From Amoebophrya sp. A120 (taxonomy: Eukaryota > Protista > Dinoflagellata), in assembly GCA_905178155.1 (NCBI GenBank), contig CAJINV010000004.1, positions 8,080,144 to 8,144,143 on the forward strand: a stretch of 64,000 bases of DNA, in the 5' to 3' direction. Both the position numbers and the translations under genes were made by a program. Below, one piece after another: positions 14,218 through 27,618 of this stretch (its first letter is position 1; each line of letters starts with the position of its first letter). The notes under the pieces were generated by a model that was given only the letters and a program-made list of their open reading frames with translations, was not told where the DNA came from and ran no database searches.

Positions 14218-17200
14218 ATGAGGACCAGCAAGTGGTGGATTTTTCCCCGTTGTTCGTCCGGTCGCCGCAGCTGTGTCGTGAACCGAGCAAGCAGGAGGAT
14301 TTGTTCTGCCCAGAACAAGAACGACGGCAGAACTTCTGCTCTCAAGAACAGCAGCACAATTTGTTCCCAATTGCAGCTGCAGTTTGTCTCTACGAGAGCA
14401 GTTGTCCGGGTGGTACTCCTGTTTTCACTGCTGCTGGCACTGGCCGGAATAGAAACGACGACACAAAAATTCGGAACAATAGTAGAAAACAACGACGGCG
14501 ACACAGGAATAAAAAACTTCATGACGTCGTCGGCCCCCCCGACGAAGACAACAACAACCACCGCAGATATTTTTTTCACAACCCCCACCTTTTTTTCCAC
14601 CCAATTACGCGACAATGTAGGGTTTCATTTTCCCAGTTACTACGACGAGCAGAACTACAACCAGCCGGCGTTCTCGAGGAACACAGGCAAAAATACCGCA
14701 ATTGGCGTCGCGCATGGTAGTGAACTGTCCGGGAATAGTGGTGACTCAACCACCGCCTCGATCGACGAGGCTTTGCTGCTTGCGGAGGGTGATGACCACG
14801 AGGACGTTCTGCTCAACACGAACGACAACAACGAAAAAAGCAGCCGGAGTAGCAGCGGTGCCTCATCGACATCTTCGAAGGCCGATGGCGAAAGTGGCTC
14901 AGATGCAGTACCACTACCTCCTGCAGGTGACGGAAGTAGTAAAGCGAAAGAAGGAGCAAAAGAGGACCTGTCAACTACAGGACGAACGACAGCAGCTTCT
15001 ACCACTATTTCCGATAAAAACAAGAATCAGATCGTGCTCGACGACGACATTTTTGACTTAGAGGAGGAGGAGGAGGAGCAGAGCTCCGCGATTGACGACG
15101 ACTTTATCATTTCGGCAGGAGGAAGTAGTCGGAGAAATTCCAATTTCCCCTCCTCAGATGTGGAAGCAGTAGAGCCAGGATCTTCTCGCATCAACGGCCA
15201 GGAATTAGTCAAGACTGGTCTTCACGGTGCATCTCATCATCATGGAACTCACCACCATGGTGCTCATGGACACCATCACAGTTCATCTGCGCACCAAGCC
15301 CGCGCGCCAATCCCCCCAGGGGACATCGGCAACGACGTTTTACTCGTGGTTCTCGCGGACCCGGGGGAGGTCCGGGCTGTGCGGAAGGACACCGGGGAGC
15401 CGATTTTCAGGTACCAATTAGGGAGGCCGCTGGTCGGAGGGTCATTGGAACAGGCAAGTAGTGGTGCCAAAACTGGAACTAATGGGGGAAACGGTTTATT
15501 CGAGGACCATGGTACGAAAAATACCGGTGGCGCAACAGGACCAAATGCAGCCGGGCATCAAGGTGCGAGTAGCTCTGGTCGTGCAGGAAATAGTAACCAC
15601 GCCGGTGCAGCTGCTGGTCCAGACCCCGTCCCCCGGTTCGCGGTGGATTTCGACGGTAGCGTTTTGTACACGCGTGACAGTGTGCAGTTCTTCGCGCTGC
15701 CGCACCTGAAGCTCAAGGACTTGGTGGAAAAATCCCCGATTACGTCGTTACCGGGGTTCCCAGACCTGTATTTCACGGGGCAGAAGCAAACAAAGTTCCA
15801 CCAGGTAGAATTGAAGTACGACGCGTCCACGATTATCGGGCAAACAGCAGCGGATGCTGAAAATGCTGGACCAACATCGTCGGGTACTAGCTCGAGTGGA
15901 AGCGACGGGAGTGCTGGTAGCGGTACTCATAGCACTTCTTCCTCTACTTCGCAATTTAGCGGCTCCTCAGAGGACCAGCTGGGAACTCCGAGCAGTAGCA
16001 CGCACAGCCCGCATTCCAGCAGCATCGCAACAACCACCACCACCTCGAACAGCCCGGGTGGAGGTCTTGCGCACCACCATGTCGGCACGTCGAGTGGAGG
16101 AGCGACGACCCCTTATAGCGTTGGGCTGTCCTACCTGGCCCCACAACACACGGTCACCGCACATAGTATGGACGGAAGTACAATAACCGGCGAAGCGTGC
16201 AGTAGCGCCAGCGGACCTTCGAATGAAGATAAAGCGCACAGTCATTTTGGTGGGCTGTTTTCAACAACATCTTCGGACGGAACGGAGGGCGCGGATGATA
16301 ATTCCGCTGCTGCGGCCTCTGTGTTAGACAAAGTCACCACCACGGTGAACACGATTTTGCAGCAATCAACGACAAGCAACGCCGGCTCCTGCGACATTGT
16401 GCCGCCAGCACACCTCGCCAAGCAAAATGAATTCGCAAGAACTACTACTTCCGGCGCTCAGGGCGGTGACGTCGTGAGCAGTCAAGAAAGTGCGACATCG
16501 ACGGCGAAAGTGATCGTCTTTGGCGAGGCGGAGTACATGCTGGAAGCGAGAAACGCGAAGACCCATTCCCGGGTCTGGACGGCGTTTCACACGGAAATCA
16601 AGCCCATAGAGCTCGAGCAGGTTCGAGATTTGCCGGAGCCGTTGCAGCAACGGGTGCTGAGAACACTATTTCAAGATCGAAAAAACGTATAAAAAATATT
16701 TTGCTGTTTTTGTACTATTAGTTGTTGGAGGTGCCTCTGCATGACAAAATCCTGTTTTTGCAACATGACAAACACCAAGTTCTTCATGTTATTCACACAA
16801 AATATAGGTTTTCGTCGACGGCGATTCTGTAATTCTCGCCCACACCAACCGCCGCTTGCATTTTGAGTCCCGCGTTCATTCCGTTCACGCGTTAATTCCG
16901 ACCCTGTCCGCGGCGTTGCAGGCCCTCGCCCCCTTGTTGTCTCCCTCCTTCACCGTCCCGCCACAACATCAGCTCGACCGGGAGGAACAGCAGGAGCGAT
17001 CCCGGTGGAACCGGTTCACCGTGGCGGCGGTCCGGCACGGCTCTCTAGTACCTGCAGCCTCTATCAAATGCAAATATGTCTGGGTCTGGAAGAATGCAAG
17101 TTTGTCATGCTTGTCTGGCATGTTTCGAGAATCTGTGTTGCATAGGCGCGAAAAGGCCCTCTTGCCTGTCATGCAAGAACGCAGTTTGCCATGCGGAATA

Positions 17201-20200
17201 CGTAAGACATGGCAGCCAAAAAATTTGTCATGCGTAGCTGCGTATTGTAGCGGTGCGTCTACCATTCACTTTTAGCATTACAAGTTTCCAGACCCAGACA
17301 TTTTTGCATTTGATAGCCTCCCCCTCCGGGCAAAACCAGATTCACGACCACAGCATCGACTTTCTGCGGAATATGCATTGCAAATATGTCTGGGTCTGGA
17401 CGAATTGGAACTTGTGATGCTGCATTTGGATTCCAAAAAAATCTGTATTGCATGAGCAGCAACGGGCATGTAATTTTTGCTAGGCGGAGAAGGCGTTTCT
17501 CATGCGAAAGGGGCATCAAGAAGCTCTGAAAAAATCTGTCATGCTAGGACATGCATCACAGACATCATGGCTCATGCAAAACGTGCATGACAAGTCTCAG
17601 AACTTTCCAGAACCAGACACATTTGCAATTGATACGGAACGGCAACGTGCAGGTGATCGACGGCGAGGAGTATCACCCGAGCCCCAGTCCCAGCGGGGGC
17701 GGGGAGTTGGTGTTGGTCCGCGACATTCATCTGCAGACGCGGAATAGCGAATTGCTGCAGCGGGATGTTTTGCAGAGGTTAGGGCTACCGTCGGCTGGGA
17801 TGGTGGAACATCAAGCTGGTGGTCCTCATGGGACGCGCAGTAGTACTACTAACGGTCAGCACGACCCCGTCAGCAGGTATCATCAGCAACACCATCCCGG
17901 TCAACATCATTTTCACCCCTCCGAATCAATTCTTAACAACCCGAGGCTGTTAATGCTGCCCGGCCCGGCTGGAAGCACTAACCAAGACCACTACAACAGC
18001 GGGCACCATCAGCATGGTTCATCAAATCACGACTCACACGACGACATCAACTACCGCTACTTCCGTGGCGGGCATCCACCGGCGCATTTGTCCGCGAGCG
18101 TGTGGCAAAAGCTGAAATCTTTACTCGACCGGGACCGGTATAGGACGAGCTTTCGAGACGGCGATGCGGACCAGCTGCCACCTTTTTTCGGCGATTACTT
18201 TGACGACTTGGAGTACTTCGACTACACTCATGGCAGCATTACAGATTCTTCCGGTACAGCTAATTCCATCCTCGAGGGGGAGGAAGATTTGTTACAACAA
18301 CATAACGCTGGACCACAGCAGCACAAATTCTCCTCTTCCAGAGCGGCCATGCGCCACTTGTACGCGCAGCGGTCTAGATTAATCGCGGAGTACCTGCAAG
18401 GGGCGAATTACAATCCGTTCATTGACCAGGAGAAGCTGCCGGTGCAGTCCAAAATTATCGATAAGGACGAGCTGGAAAGGAGTAGTCGAGATAAAAAGGG
18501 GTTCCGCAAGTACGTACGGGACTCGATTGTTGATTCCAACTTCTGGAAGGCGATTATCGCTGCGATCGTCGTGGGGATGGTTTCCTCTGTTTTCGTTTTC
18601 GACATGTACTTTGGCTACGAACTCCGCCGGCAAGTCCCGCTGATCGCCGGTGCCATGGCGCTCCGCTTGTATCTGAACGCGTTGGAGAGGTCCGGGATGG
18701 CGCCGTGGTTCATGATGCTCAGCGTCTACGCAAGCATTCTCGCGATCATCCTGGCGCCGCAGGCCGGCGTTATTTCGCCTTTTAGTAATTATGCCACAAT
18801 AGGAGCATCAAGCGCTGGTCTTCTACCCGGAGCAGGTGGCTCAACATCTTTGGATTCAACAGGAATAATAAACTATCCAACTTTCTCCGCTTTGCGGTTG
18901 TTTTTCACCGCCGTCGCCTTCGCGGTTCCCTGTTTGTACCTCGGACTGAAGGTTCCGGTGGAAGATGTGGAAAAGTGGAAGGAACAGTGCGAAAAGGAAT
19001 CGGCAAGGCTGCAGCGAGCGTCGACCGCTTCGGGGTCGTCGTCGGTCGTGGGAGAAAATGGTAATATAATTGATACGTCGCGGCTGACGACGCAAGACGG
19101 TGGAAATAAATCAACAGTGGACGGCGCCGATGACAACACCACAGCTGCACCCGGGGCGACAACTACGATAGGAGAAAATGAAAAAACCACGAAATTTCAT
19201 CCGGGTGGAGAAAAGACAGCAACGAATGGCTCCCCAGAGCTCAGGACCACCACTATTGCAGCCAGCACTTCGCTTTCGCAGCAACTCGAGGGGAATTTCC
19301 TGCTCGGCTACCAGGGGCTGCGCCAGTGCCAGGTTCCGCCGGACTCGCAACTGGGGTTGTCGTTGAACAACACCTTGATGTTTCGCCAGTACGAGGACGT
19401 TACTTATTTGGGGGAAGGCGGTTTCGGGGTCGTTTACAAGGCGAAAAACAAGCTCGACCAGTCCTACGCAGCGTTTAAAGTGAAAAACTACCGACTCACC
19501 TCCACCGAGAACATCGCGCAGATAGAGCGCTCTTTCAACGAAGTGAAAACTTTCCTCGCGATGAAGCACAAGCACCTAGTGGATTTCCACATGCACTGGT
19601 GCGAAGAGAGCCAGTTTTTACCCGATAAAAGAACCGTGCAGAAGGGCGGGCAAGAGTGGCCGTTAGATGAGGACAACGCGGGTGGAGGTTTGAGTTCGGA
19701 TGTAGGAGGAGCTGCCTTGGGTGGAACGAACAATCCGGAAGACCAACCGGGGATATCAAATGTAAAAATGTCTGGGTCTGGAAGAATGCGAGATTTGTCA
19801 TGCGCGTTTTGCATGAGCCATGATGTCTGTGATGCATACCCTAGCAATACAGGTTTTTTGGCGGCTTCTCGATGCCTATTCCGCATGACAAATGCCTTCT
19901 CAGCGTAGCAAAAATTGCATTCCCTTTGGTACTCATGCAATACAGATTTTTTTGGAATCCAAATGCAGCATCACAAGTTGCATTCTTCCAGACCCAGACA
20001 TTTTTACATTTGATAGGGGAGCGGGACGGACGACTTGGCTCTGTTCCCCAACGACCCGGCGGCCCATGCGAGTATATCAAAAGGAAAAACCCCCCCTCCC
20101 CATATCAAAACGAAGTTTCTGATGCTGGATTTGGGTACACAAATCAGCTTTGTATTGCAGAGAGGCATTGCGGACAGATCTCCAGGCTAGATAGGGGCGG

Positions 20201-23200
20201 GCGTGTCTAGTTGTTTAGCATGGCAAACGGCTCCCCTTTAGGCCCAACAGCATCACAAACCGCTTCCAGAATGGGGCTAAAGCTCCTGCCCTTGTCTTCT
20301 TGCAAGACAAAAAGGATTTGTGACCTCAAATCAGCAACACAAATTTTCGAAGTCGTGCCTTTTCAATGTGGGGAGGGGGGATTTTTCCTTTCAATAGAGT
20401 ACTAAAAATTACCAGCAGCACAGCTTGATGAATCGCACACTGAATACGTCCGAAGGTGGCGTTTTTTCGATGGAACGATCAGCGAACTGGACCCGGAAGC
20501 ATTCGCCGCCGTTTAAACCAGCAGTGGGGAAAAATTTAGAGAAGAAAACGTCCGGGTTGCAGCTCGTTGCTAGTACTTCCGGAGACGGTCATGATCATGC
20601 GGATGCGGAACAAGCCAAGTTACAATTACAACCCGGGTTTGGTGGTACTACTGCGGGAATAATAGCATCATCTCTGGAGAAAACAGGTTCTGGAAAGAAG
20701 CCACTGCAAGGAGGTGCCAACAAGGACGGTAATGTTGATGTAGTTGAGAATGTAGATCTTTATCCAGAGAACCTCAACGGCATGGCCAGCCACAGCTCGT
20801 CTGCCTCCAGCACCTGGCAAACCCACAACAGCGACTCCGCCGGCATGGTGTCCGCCACGGCAAGTTTTAATAACAGCGACATAGCACATACCTCTAGAAA
20901 GGAGCAAAATAACGACAATTTATCGTCCAAGAATCTTCAGAACAAATCGCCGACCACACAGGGCGACAGTTCCTCCGGGGGTACTTTTGAACGCGTGAAC
21001 CAGATCTTGGAGATGAAAACTACGAACAAGCAAGAAAAGGATCATAATATCGAGGGCCAACAACAAGAAGCGTTCTTGACAAAAAAGTTCAAAGAGCAGT
21101 TTGACAAGACCTCCCAGGACGACACGAATTCTATCCAGTTCATAAAATCCTCGGTAAACGAATCCGTCATCGAGTCCGCCGCGGTCCGGTTTGCCGAGGT
21201 TGAAAACGAAAACATTAACACCAGCAACAGCCTCTACAAGCCGATTGACATCCAGGCCGATTTGATGAACGCCGCGGCGGCGTTGCGAGGAACATCTTCA
21301 AGGGGAAAAAAACTACACCATGACAAGACATCAAACGGCAGCAGCAACTCGGAAAACTCCGATTCGACTTCGTTGGACGACTTTGTCCGGGCGAAGTCAG
21401 CCTACATGGACACGCAAGAGATGCTGAAGAACAAGTTGATCACCAAAGAGCAGATCGCGCCGTTGTTCGACGTGTGCCTCGTGATGCACATGGAACTCGT
21501 GGAGGGGCCAAATTTGAAAGCGTTTTTGCAGGATAGCCGACGAAGTCTCGACTGGGGGGTGTTCACCTCGATGTACGACTTTTGGCTCCCAACTGCCGTC
21601 GCCGCGCTACAACGAAATCAGAGTTCCAGCCGGAAAACCAGCCGGATTCTCCAGGTCGACATGGAGGCGGTGGAAATCCAGGCCAGGCAACGGTCGATTA
21701 GCAGTCTGAAACTGACCTCTGCGCGCCTGTCCGCCGCAAACGCGGCGTTGGAAAATAATGGCAGTAGTCCGATGGAACGGGGTAGTTCTCCGGGAATATT
21801 AAATGAGGTTGAAAAGGACAAGAGCGACGGAGGACTATATGCAGCTCCTGCAATTATGGGGAAGGAAGATGAAGACCAAAATGAAAGCGGAATTATGACT
21901 CCACAGATGAACAACACTAAGGGTGAGGTGATCGACCTTCTTTCCCTGAGCCGAAAATCCTCCGCGCAGGAGAATTTGCACAACAAATCGTCTTCCTCCG
22001 CTTCGTCTGACTTTGAGCAGCAGCTCGGGGGGACGAACACACCGCAGAAATTGTCGCACGTGTCTTCCCCGACTTCACATGATCGGGACGCTGTTGATTC
22101 ACCGCCACTGGCTCTCGGAGAAGTGGGACTACAACTAGGGCACCTGCAACATGAAGACCGGCATCAGACCACTCCTGATGAAAATAATATTAAACATGAG
22201 CAGCAAGGGGACGAGAAAAACGCCAGCAACCTCATAAACAACAGTTCCGAGGAAGAAGTCTTGAACAGTGATTCCAAAGCGACGACCCTGAACAATAATA
22301 TGAACAAGACCACGTCTGATCAGCAGCATCAAGACCAGAAAACGTCGACCACGACCACGCATTCCACCCAACCAAATTCCACCCAAAATAACCAGTACTT
22401 TTGCTACGAGAAGGTGCAACCCAATCCCGGGGTGCTCGACGAGTCCCCCTGGTGGAATGCGGGGGTCGAGTTCGAGTGGATGCGGCAACTGACGAAGGGC
22501 ATGCGCGCCATCCACAAGAAGGGGTTTGTGCACCGGGATTTAAAGCCGCAGAACTGCTTTCTGGATTTGAGACAGGGGTTGCTGAAGATTGGGGATTTTG
22601 GCCTGTCTTCCGTGTCTACGACCGCGAATTCACTCTCCATCTACAATGCGGAGAATGGACTGGTGGAGCAGAATGTGAAGAACCCGGTGCAGCCCACTAT
22701 CAAATGCAAAAATGTCTCCGTCTGGAAGACTGCAAACTTCTCATGCATATTTTCCATGCCCCATGAGGGTTGAAATGCAGGACCTAGCATAACAGGTTCT
22801 GCGACGTCCCTATCCTGCCTGTCCTGCATGACAAACTGCCTCTAAACTTGTCCAACACTGGACAGCTTTCGGTAGTCATGCAACACAAATGTTTGTACGA
22901 TCCAGACTTAGCATGACAAGTTCGCATCCTCCCAGACCCAGACATATTTGCAATCCATACCCACCACGCGGGGCCCGCTGAGCCCGTACTGGGGCACGCC
23001 GATGTACATGCCGCCAGAAGGAAATTCGTTGGACGAATCAACCGACGTGTACGCAGTGGGGCTGATTATGCTGCAATTGCTGTCGCCGAGATTCACGACA
23101 CAGGTAGAGAGCTGGATTCATTCAACACGACGTCATGCATTTTTTCCATTTCTTTGTAGACATCGTGCAGGCGTTTGGTTCTCCTGTCACCAGACAGGCT

Positions 23201-23544
23201 TCATGCCCGCTTTTTAACACAACGCACTAGTACTGTTTTACATTACACAAAAAATCTTCAATAAAAAACCACCAACAAATATTAAACCACAGATGGAGCG
23301 GCAACTGTTGATCGAGGCTTTCAAGGGCCCAACCGCAGAAGTGATTCCGGGCCTGGAGGAAAAGGTCTCCCCCGAGTGCTACAAGGAGTGGTTTGAGCTG
23401 CCGCGGGAACTGATCGCCCGCTGCGCCAAGCATGACCCGGAGGCGAGAATCGGCAGCGAGGAATTGCACCTACACATGAAGCAGATGCGCAACGCACGCT
23501 TCCACAAGGATCTAATGGTCAGTGGCGCGAAGGGCGGGGATTAG
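14218..23544 (+). CDS. PERK-like transmembrane eIF2alpha kinase (luminal domain, TM segments, kinase with large inserts), spliced; start uncertain
   Basis: Signal-like VVLLFSLLLALAG; IRE1/PERK-like luminal motifs (LLVVLADPGEVRAVRKDTGE, DLVEKSP, YFTGQK); hydrophobic segments at 18545-18950; kinase motifs LGEGGFGVV, HRDLKPQN, DFG, GTPMYMPPE, FTTQMER. GT-AG introns 16687-16807 and 23104-23292 plus 5 TIR introns. Confidence 0.88.
17062..17315. mobile_element. TIR introner, family A
   Basis: TSD GCCTC; near-identical to 59126-59376. Confidence 0.93.
17372..17634. mobile_element. TIR introner, family A
   Basis: TSD CGGAA. Confidence 0.93.
19754..20015. mobile_element. TIR introner, family A (opposite orientation to 17372)
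   Basis: TSD GGGGA. Confidence 0.93.
20075..20396. mobile_element. TIR introner, family C (TATCAAAAGGAAAAAYCCCCCCTCCCCA)
   Basis: TSD GAGTA. Confidence 0.92.
22698..22959. mobile_element. TIR introner, family A
   Basis: TSD CCCAC. Confidence 0.92.
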
Positions 23545-24326
23545 GTTTAGGGAAGTGGGCTGGGTAGGAACAAGTGGAATATGGATTTTTCGCGCAGGTT
23601 ATTTACACTTTTGCAACTGTATCAACTGGCTATTACTGGGGCCGACTAGATTTTTTAGTCCTTCGAGAGAAAGAAGATTTTACGTACGAATGCATCGAAA
23701 AAAACAATTCAAATTCAAACATCGAATGGTTGCACACTTATAATTTCCTAAAATGCTAATATTGCTCTTGGGATGAATATATTCCTCGGGGTAGTCTATA
23801 ACTTCTTGGAGTTGCACTGTACTATGATCCGTTTACCTTCGAAGAAGCTCCTGGTATTAGTAGTATTTGCACGATGCACTTTATTGCAAACTTGTAGTTA
23901 CGCTGCAAGAACTGGTGATGACCACTAACTTAACTACCTCGCTGTGAAGCAGCGCATCTGAGTGGACAATACTACAACTTGATGTGGACAAAAACTTCTC
24001 TCCTTGTACCTGCTAGTATCCAAAACCGAAAAAACCTCCGCAAAAAAACGTCAAAATCTTGCGAAAACCGACTACAAAAACATCAGAAAATCAGCATAAA
24101 AAGCACTTTCATCTCAAAAAAAAACAAAACTTTCATAGGCACGTACTGTTGCGCGCTAGTAGTACACACACCAGCATTATATATTCATCTCAAAAAAAAA
24201 CACAAAAACGACAAAGATTCTTATCACACACAAAAAACTACGACAAGGTCTCATTTTCTATCGCGCGCAGAGGTTCTTTGTATTTTGTTGCAGCACCTGT
24301 TGGATTTCTATATTCTTCCGAACTAT

Positions 24327-25322
24327 TACTGGGACAACGCGCTATTCGCAATTCAAACAGGAAGGAGAGTGGCTGCAACGAATAGCCCCCCACTGTGTTG
24401 CACACCTAATGACCTAGTTAGCTTCTTCGCAGCCCTTCTCAGTGGCTAAAGACGGAGCTATCCGGCGCTGCTGCTCCACGGAGTTGCCTCGGAGTGCCCC
24501 TGCAGCTTGGAGGTGCTGCAGCAGGTCCTCTTGCAGTCCAGCCGCTAGACAATGGGCCTCAATCTGTGCAAGTCGGTCGGAGTCGAGGGCGCAAACGGAA
24601 CCGGCCGCGGCTGCGCCTTCCCTTGTTTCTAAGTTGGCGCAACTGTGCGCGCGTGTACCGGCAGGCGCGCGCGCTTTTTGCCTTTGCGGCTTTTTCGTCA
24701 AAATGCGAAAAGCCCGAGAGCCTTTCGGGAAGGGTTCCCAGAGGGGTTCCGGGACCCCTTTTGGGGAGGGGTAGCACCATCGTGATTCGAAGAAAAATCA
24801 ATAGGCTTTTTTTTAGGGTTCCGGGCACCCCTCCGGCCCCCCCTTTTTGGAAGGGCTCCGGAAAGGCCTTCGCGGCCAACATATATGCGTGGTGCCCGCT
24901 AGAGACGACGAGGCCAGGGCCTGTGTAGACATCTCTCGGGGCGCCAGCCTCACACGCTGATCCAGGCCATAGCGGCAAATACCTGCACGGAGAGAGCAAT
25001 CGGGGAAGCGGAGCAAAATATTGCGCGCGCCCGGCGTTTTCTAGGTGAAAACATCAGCCACAGAAGAACCCCCAGCGCCCCACCCCCCTTCGCGTCAATA
25101 CTCACTTACCTACTAGAGCACTGCTGCTGACAAGCTAGCTAAAACAAACCGCGTTCAAGTCAGCCCCTCACTAGCGTGCACAGGTTTACTAGCTTTGCGC
25201 CGCGAAAAAATGCGCGCAGAATTTTTTTTACGGTCTGAGGCAAATACAACGTTGACGACCCCATATACTGGGACAACGCGCTATTCGCAATTCAAACAGG
25301 AAGGAGAGTGGCTGCAACGAAT
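24327..25322. repeat. 57-bp exact direct repeat (24327-24383 and 25266-25322) bracketing a GC-rich segment
   Basis: TACTGGGACAACGCGCTATTCGCAATTCAAACAGGAAGGAGAGTGGCTGCAACGAAT occurs twice. Confidence 0.9.
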
Positions 25323-25919
25323 GAAAACACCTATACAGATTTATCGCAGAACCCAAGTAGAGAGGACCACCGCTTGCTCCTCGAGCACTTCATTGCAGTA
25401 CAACAGTGCCGCTTTAATTCTTTGCTCGGCATAATAGTGTTCACGTGACCACGTGTGTGTTGCTTTCTCTGTTGCGGTCCACACGTAGAAGAAACACCTG
25501 GACAAGTTTTTGTGTCTGTGAACTTGAACAAAATCCTGCTGAAAATATACATTTCTCGGTTTTATTCGCACAAACATTCGCTGCTGTTCCGTTCCGGACA
25601 TAGAAAAACGAAAGTTGGATCCAGGTTTATTTTTTCTTCCGTCTAGTCGCCCTACAAACTGAGCTGTGCATGGCGACAGAAAAGTTCCAGTCAATTTATT
25701 ACAAATTTTTTTCAACAACAAACTGCACCCATACTGCGTCGAAAAGCAAAGGGCTGTGCGGCGTTTGGGAAAAGAAGTTCCATATTGACATTGTCATTGC
25801 AATAGTAAACTACAAGAAAATAAAGGGACGTGATTTAGAAGAAGTACACTTTCGTTTGATTACCACGGCGACTGCACGATAGCATCCTGTCGCGCACGAA
25901 ACACACGACAGCAGACAAA

Positions 25920-26664
25920 ATGGTTCTGAAGGCTATTGGGATTCCCGAGCACTTGGAGGTGCCCTATCAAATGCAAAAATGTCTGAAGAATGTAACTTGT
26001 CATGCTGTTTTTGGACTCTATAAAAATTTGTATTGCATGACCAGCAAGGAAGCTACAATTTGTGCTACGCGGGCAGGGCATTTCTCATGCGGAAAGTGCA
26101 TCAGGAAGGGTTCTAAAAATCTGTGATGCTAGGGCTTACATCACAGACTATCATGGGTCATGGGCAATATGCATGACAAATCTTGCATTCCTCCAGACCC
26201 AAATATTTTTGCATTTGATATGCCCCTGTACGTGGTGATTGGGTTTCACGCGCTCGCGTTCTCCACGTGGGCCGTGTTTTTTGTCAAGGATTTGGTGAAA
26301 CCGCCGTTGCTATGCGATGGAAAGTGTGTCGTGCCGGGGGCAAGGTTTCTTTGTCATGCGAGATGATGACTTGTTTTTACCATTAATGGACAAAACAGCT
26401 TCTTCGATCTCCGAGACAACATACGCAATAATGCGAATATCGATTCGATAAGTCTGTGGAAAAGAATTTGTCATGCTGCCACATGTTTTTTTTGCGCACG
26501 TGTCATCAACCAGAGGAAGAGCCTGACTGAATGTGAGATGAATCAGCTACAGCAAGAACCATCTGTAGCCATATTCTACCAGCCCCTGGCATGTACTAGG
26601 TCTTTGCCGTGCATAACCGCACCCGATTCAGGCCGAGGCGCTGAAGGAGAAGAAGGGGCTGTAG
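25920..26664 (+). CDS. Small (57 aa) single-pass membrane protein, 3 exons
   Basis: MVLKAIGIPEHLEVPLYVVIGFHALAFSTWAVFFVKDLVKPPLHPIQAEALKEKKGL* is obtained after removing elements 25965-26220 and 26311-26615 (+5 nt each). Confidence 0.6.
25965..26220. mobile_element. TIR introner, family A
   Basis: TSD TGCCC. Confidence 0.9.
26311..26615. mobile_element. Degenerate TIR introner
   Basis: TATGC..GCATA, TSD GTTGC/ACCGC, internal TGTCATGC. Confidence 0.55.
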
Positions 26665-27618
26665 AGCACGTGCAGAGCGGAATCTGCTTACATGGAAACG
26701 GTGAAGTAGATGCGAGAGACGTGATCGGCGTTCGACGCTAAGGGTATTCTTCTTACTAGCCGCAGCTTGATAACCACGACACCCCCTAAAGATAGATGAG
26801 CGACGTTCTGCAAGAAGAAATGTTGAGAAGTCCAGATGCAAAAAATGTTCTTTGAATCATTAGTTTGAAAACCCACCAGAAGTTCCCCGACGAGATTTAA
26901 TTTCTACTACTGAAGACATGTACGTAACTGCATTTTTCTGGTCGAGCTAGAAAGGCAAGTCGTTTTAGCCGGCGAAGACCGAAGCCAGTGTTCCACAAAA
27001 GCTGCGTTTTCCACTGTCCAGAGCCATCTTTTTGAAGCTCTTTTCGATAAAATTACGACAGAGATGAACTCGGAAAACCAGGAGAATACTCGGGTTTTGA
27101 AAAAGAAAATCTCTCTTGATGTGCTTGTCAAAACTAGATATTGTGATTTGGTTATTATTTCTGTGACGATTTATCCACCAAGGATCGTTCTTATTTTGGC
27201 AACAATGCACAAATGCAGCGACGAACAGCAGTTCCTTCCCATACACGACAAGCACTGTTTTGTACTACCCAGAGCATTTTTATTTTTTGTGTTTTCCCAC
27301 CTCATGTTGTTGCTGCCCCTCATTAGTAGATACCCGCGCACCACAACCCCCAAAATGTAGATCTTTTTCTTGCTCGTCGAGGAATCGAAATGAGCTTGTT
27401 TTCCCTCATTTCGACCATGGCCACCACTCCATGTTACCCATCAAACTACCCATAGGAAAAGCGTGCTAAACAACCCAGAAATTATATTACACAAACGTAA
27501 ATATTAAAACTCCATACTTACGCCAGCAACCGAAACAAGTAGACACGACCTGCGGCTCCCTTGACGTCGTCGAGGGGAGATCCTTTCTCTCATCGATTGG
27601 AAAACCGACTACACGACC

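Noticed and set aside
17538-17592. TGCATG (RBFOX-type site) within the internal motif
   Set aside because: It is present only in one orientation and variant; the conserved core is TGTNATGC/GCATNACA.
24414-25016. Overlapping ORFs in the GC-rich segment
   Set aside because: No recognisable motifs; expected from GC content.
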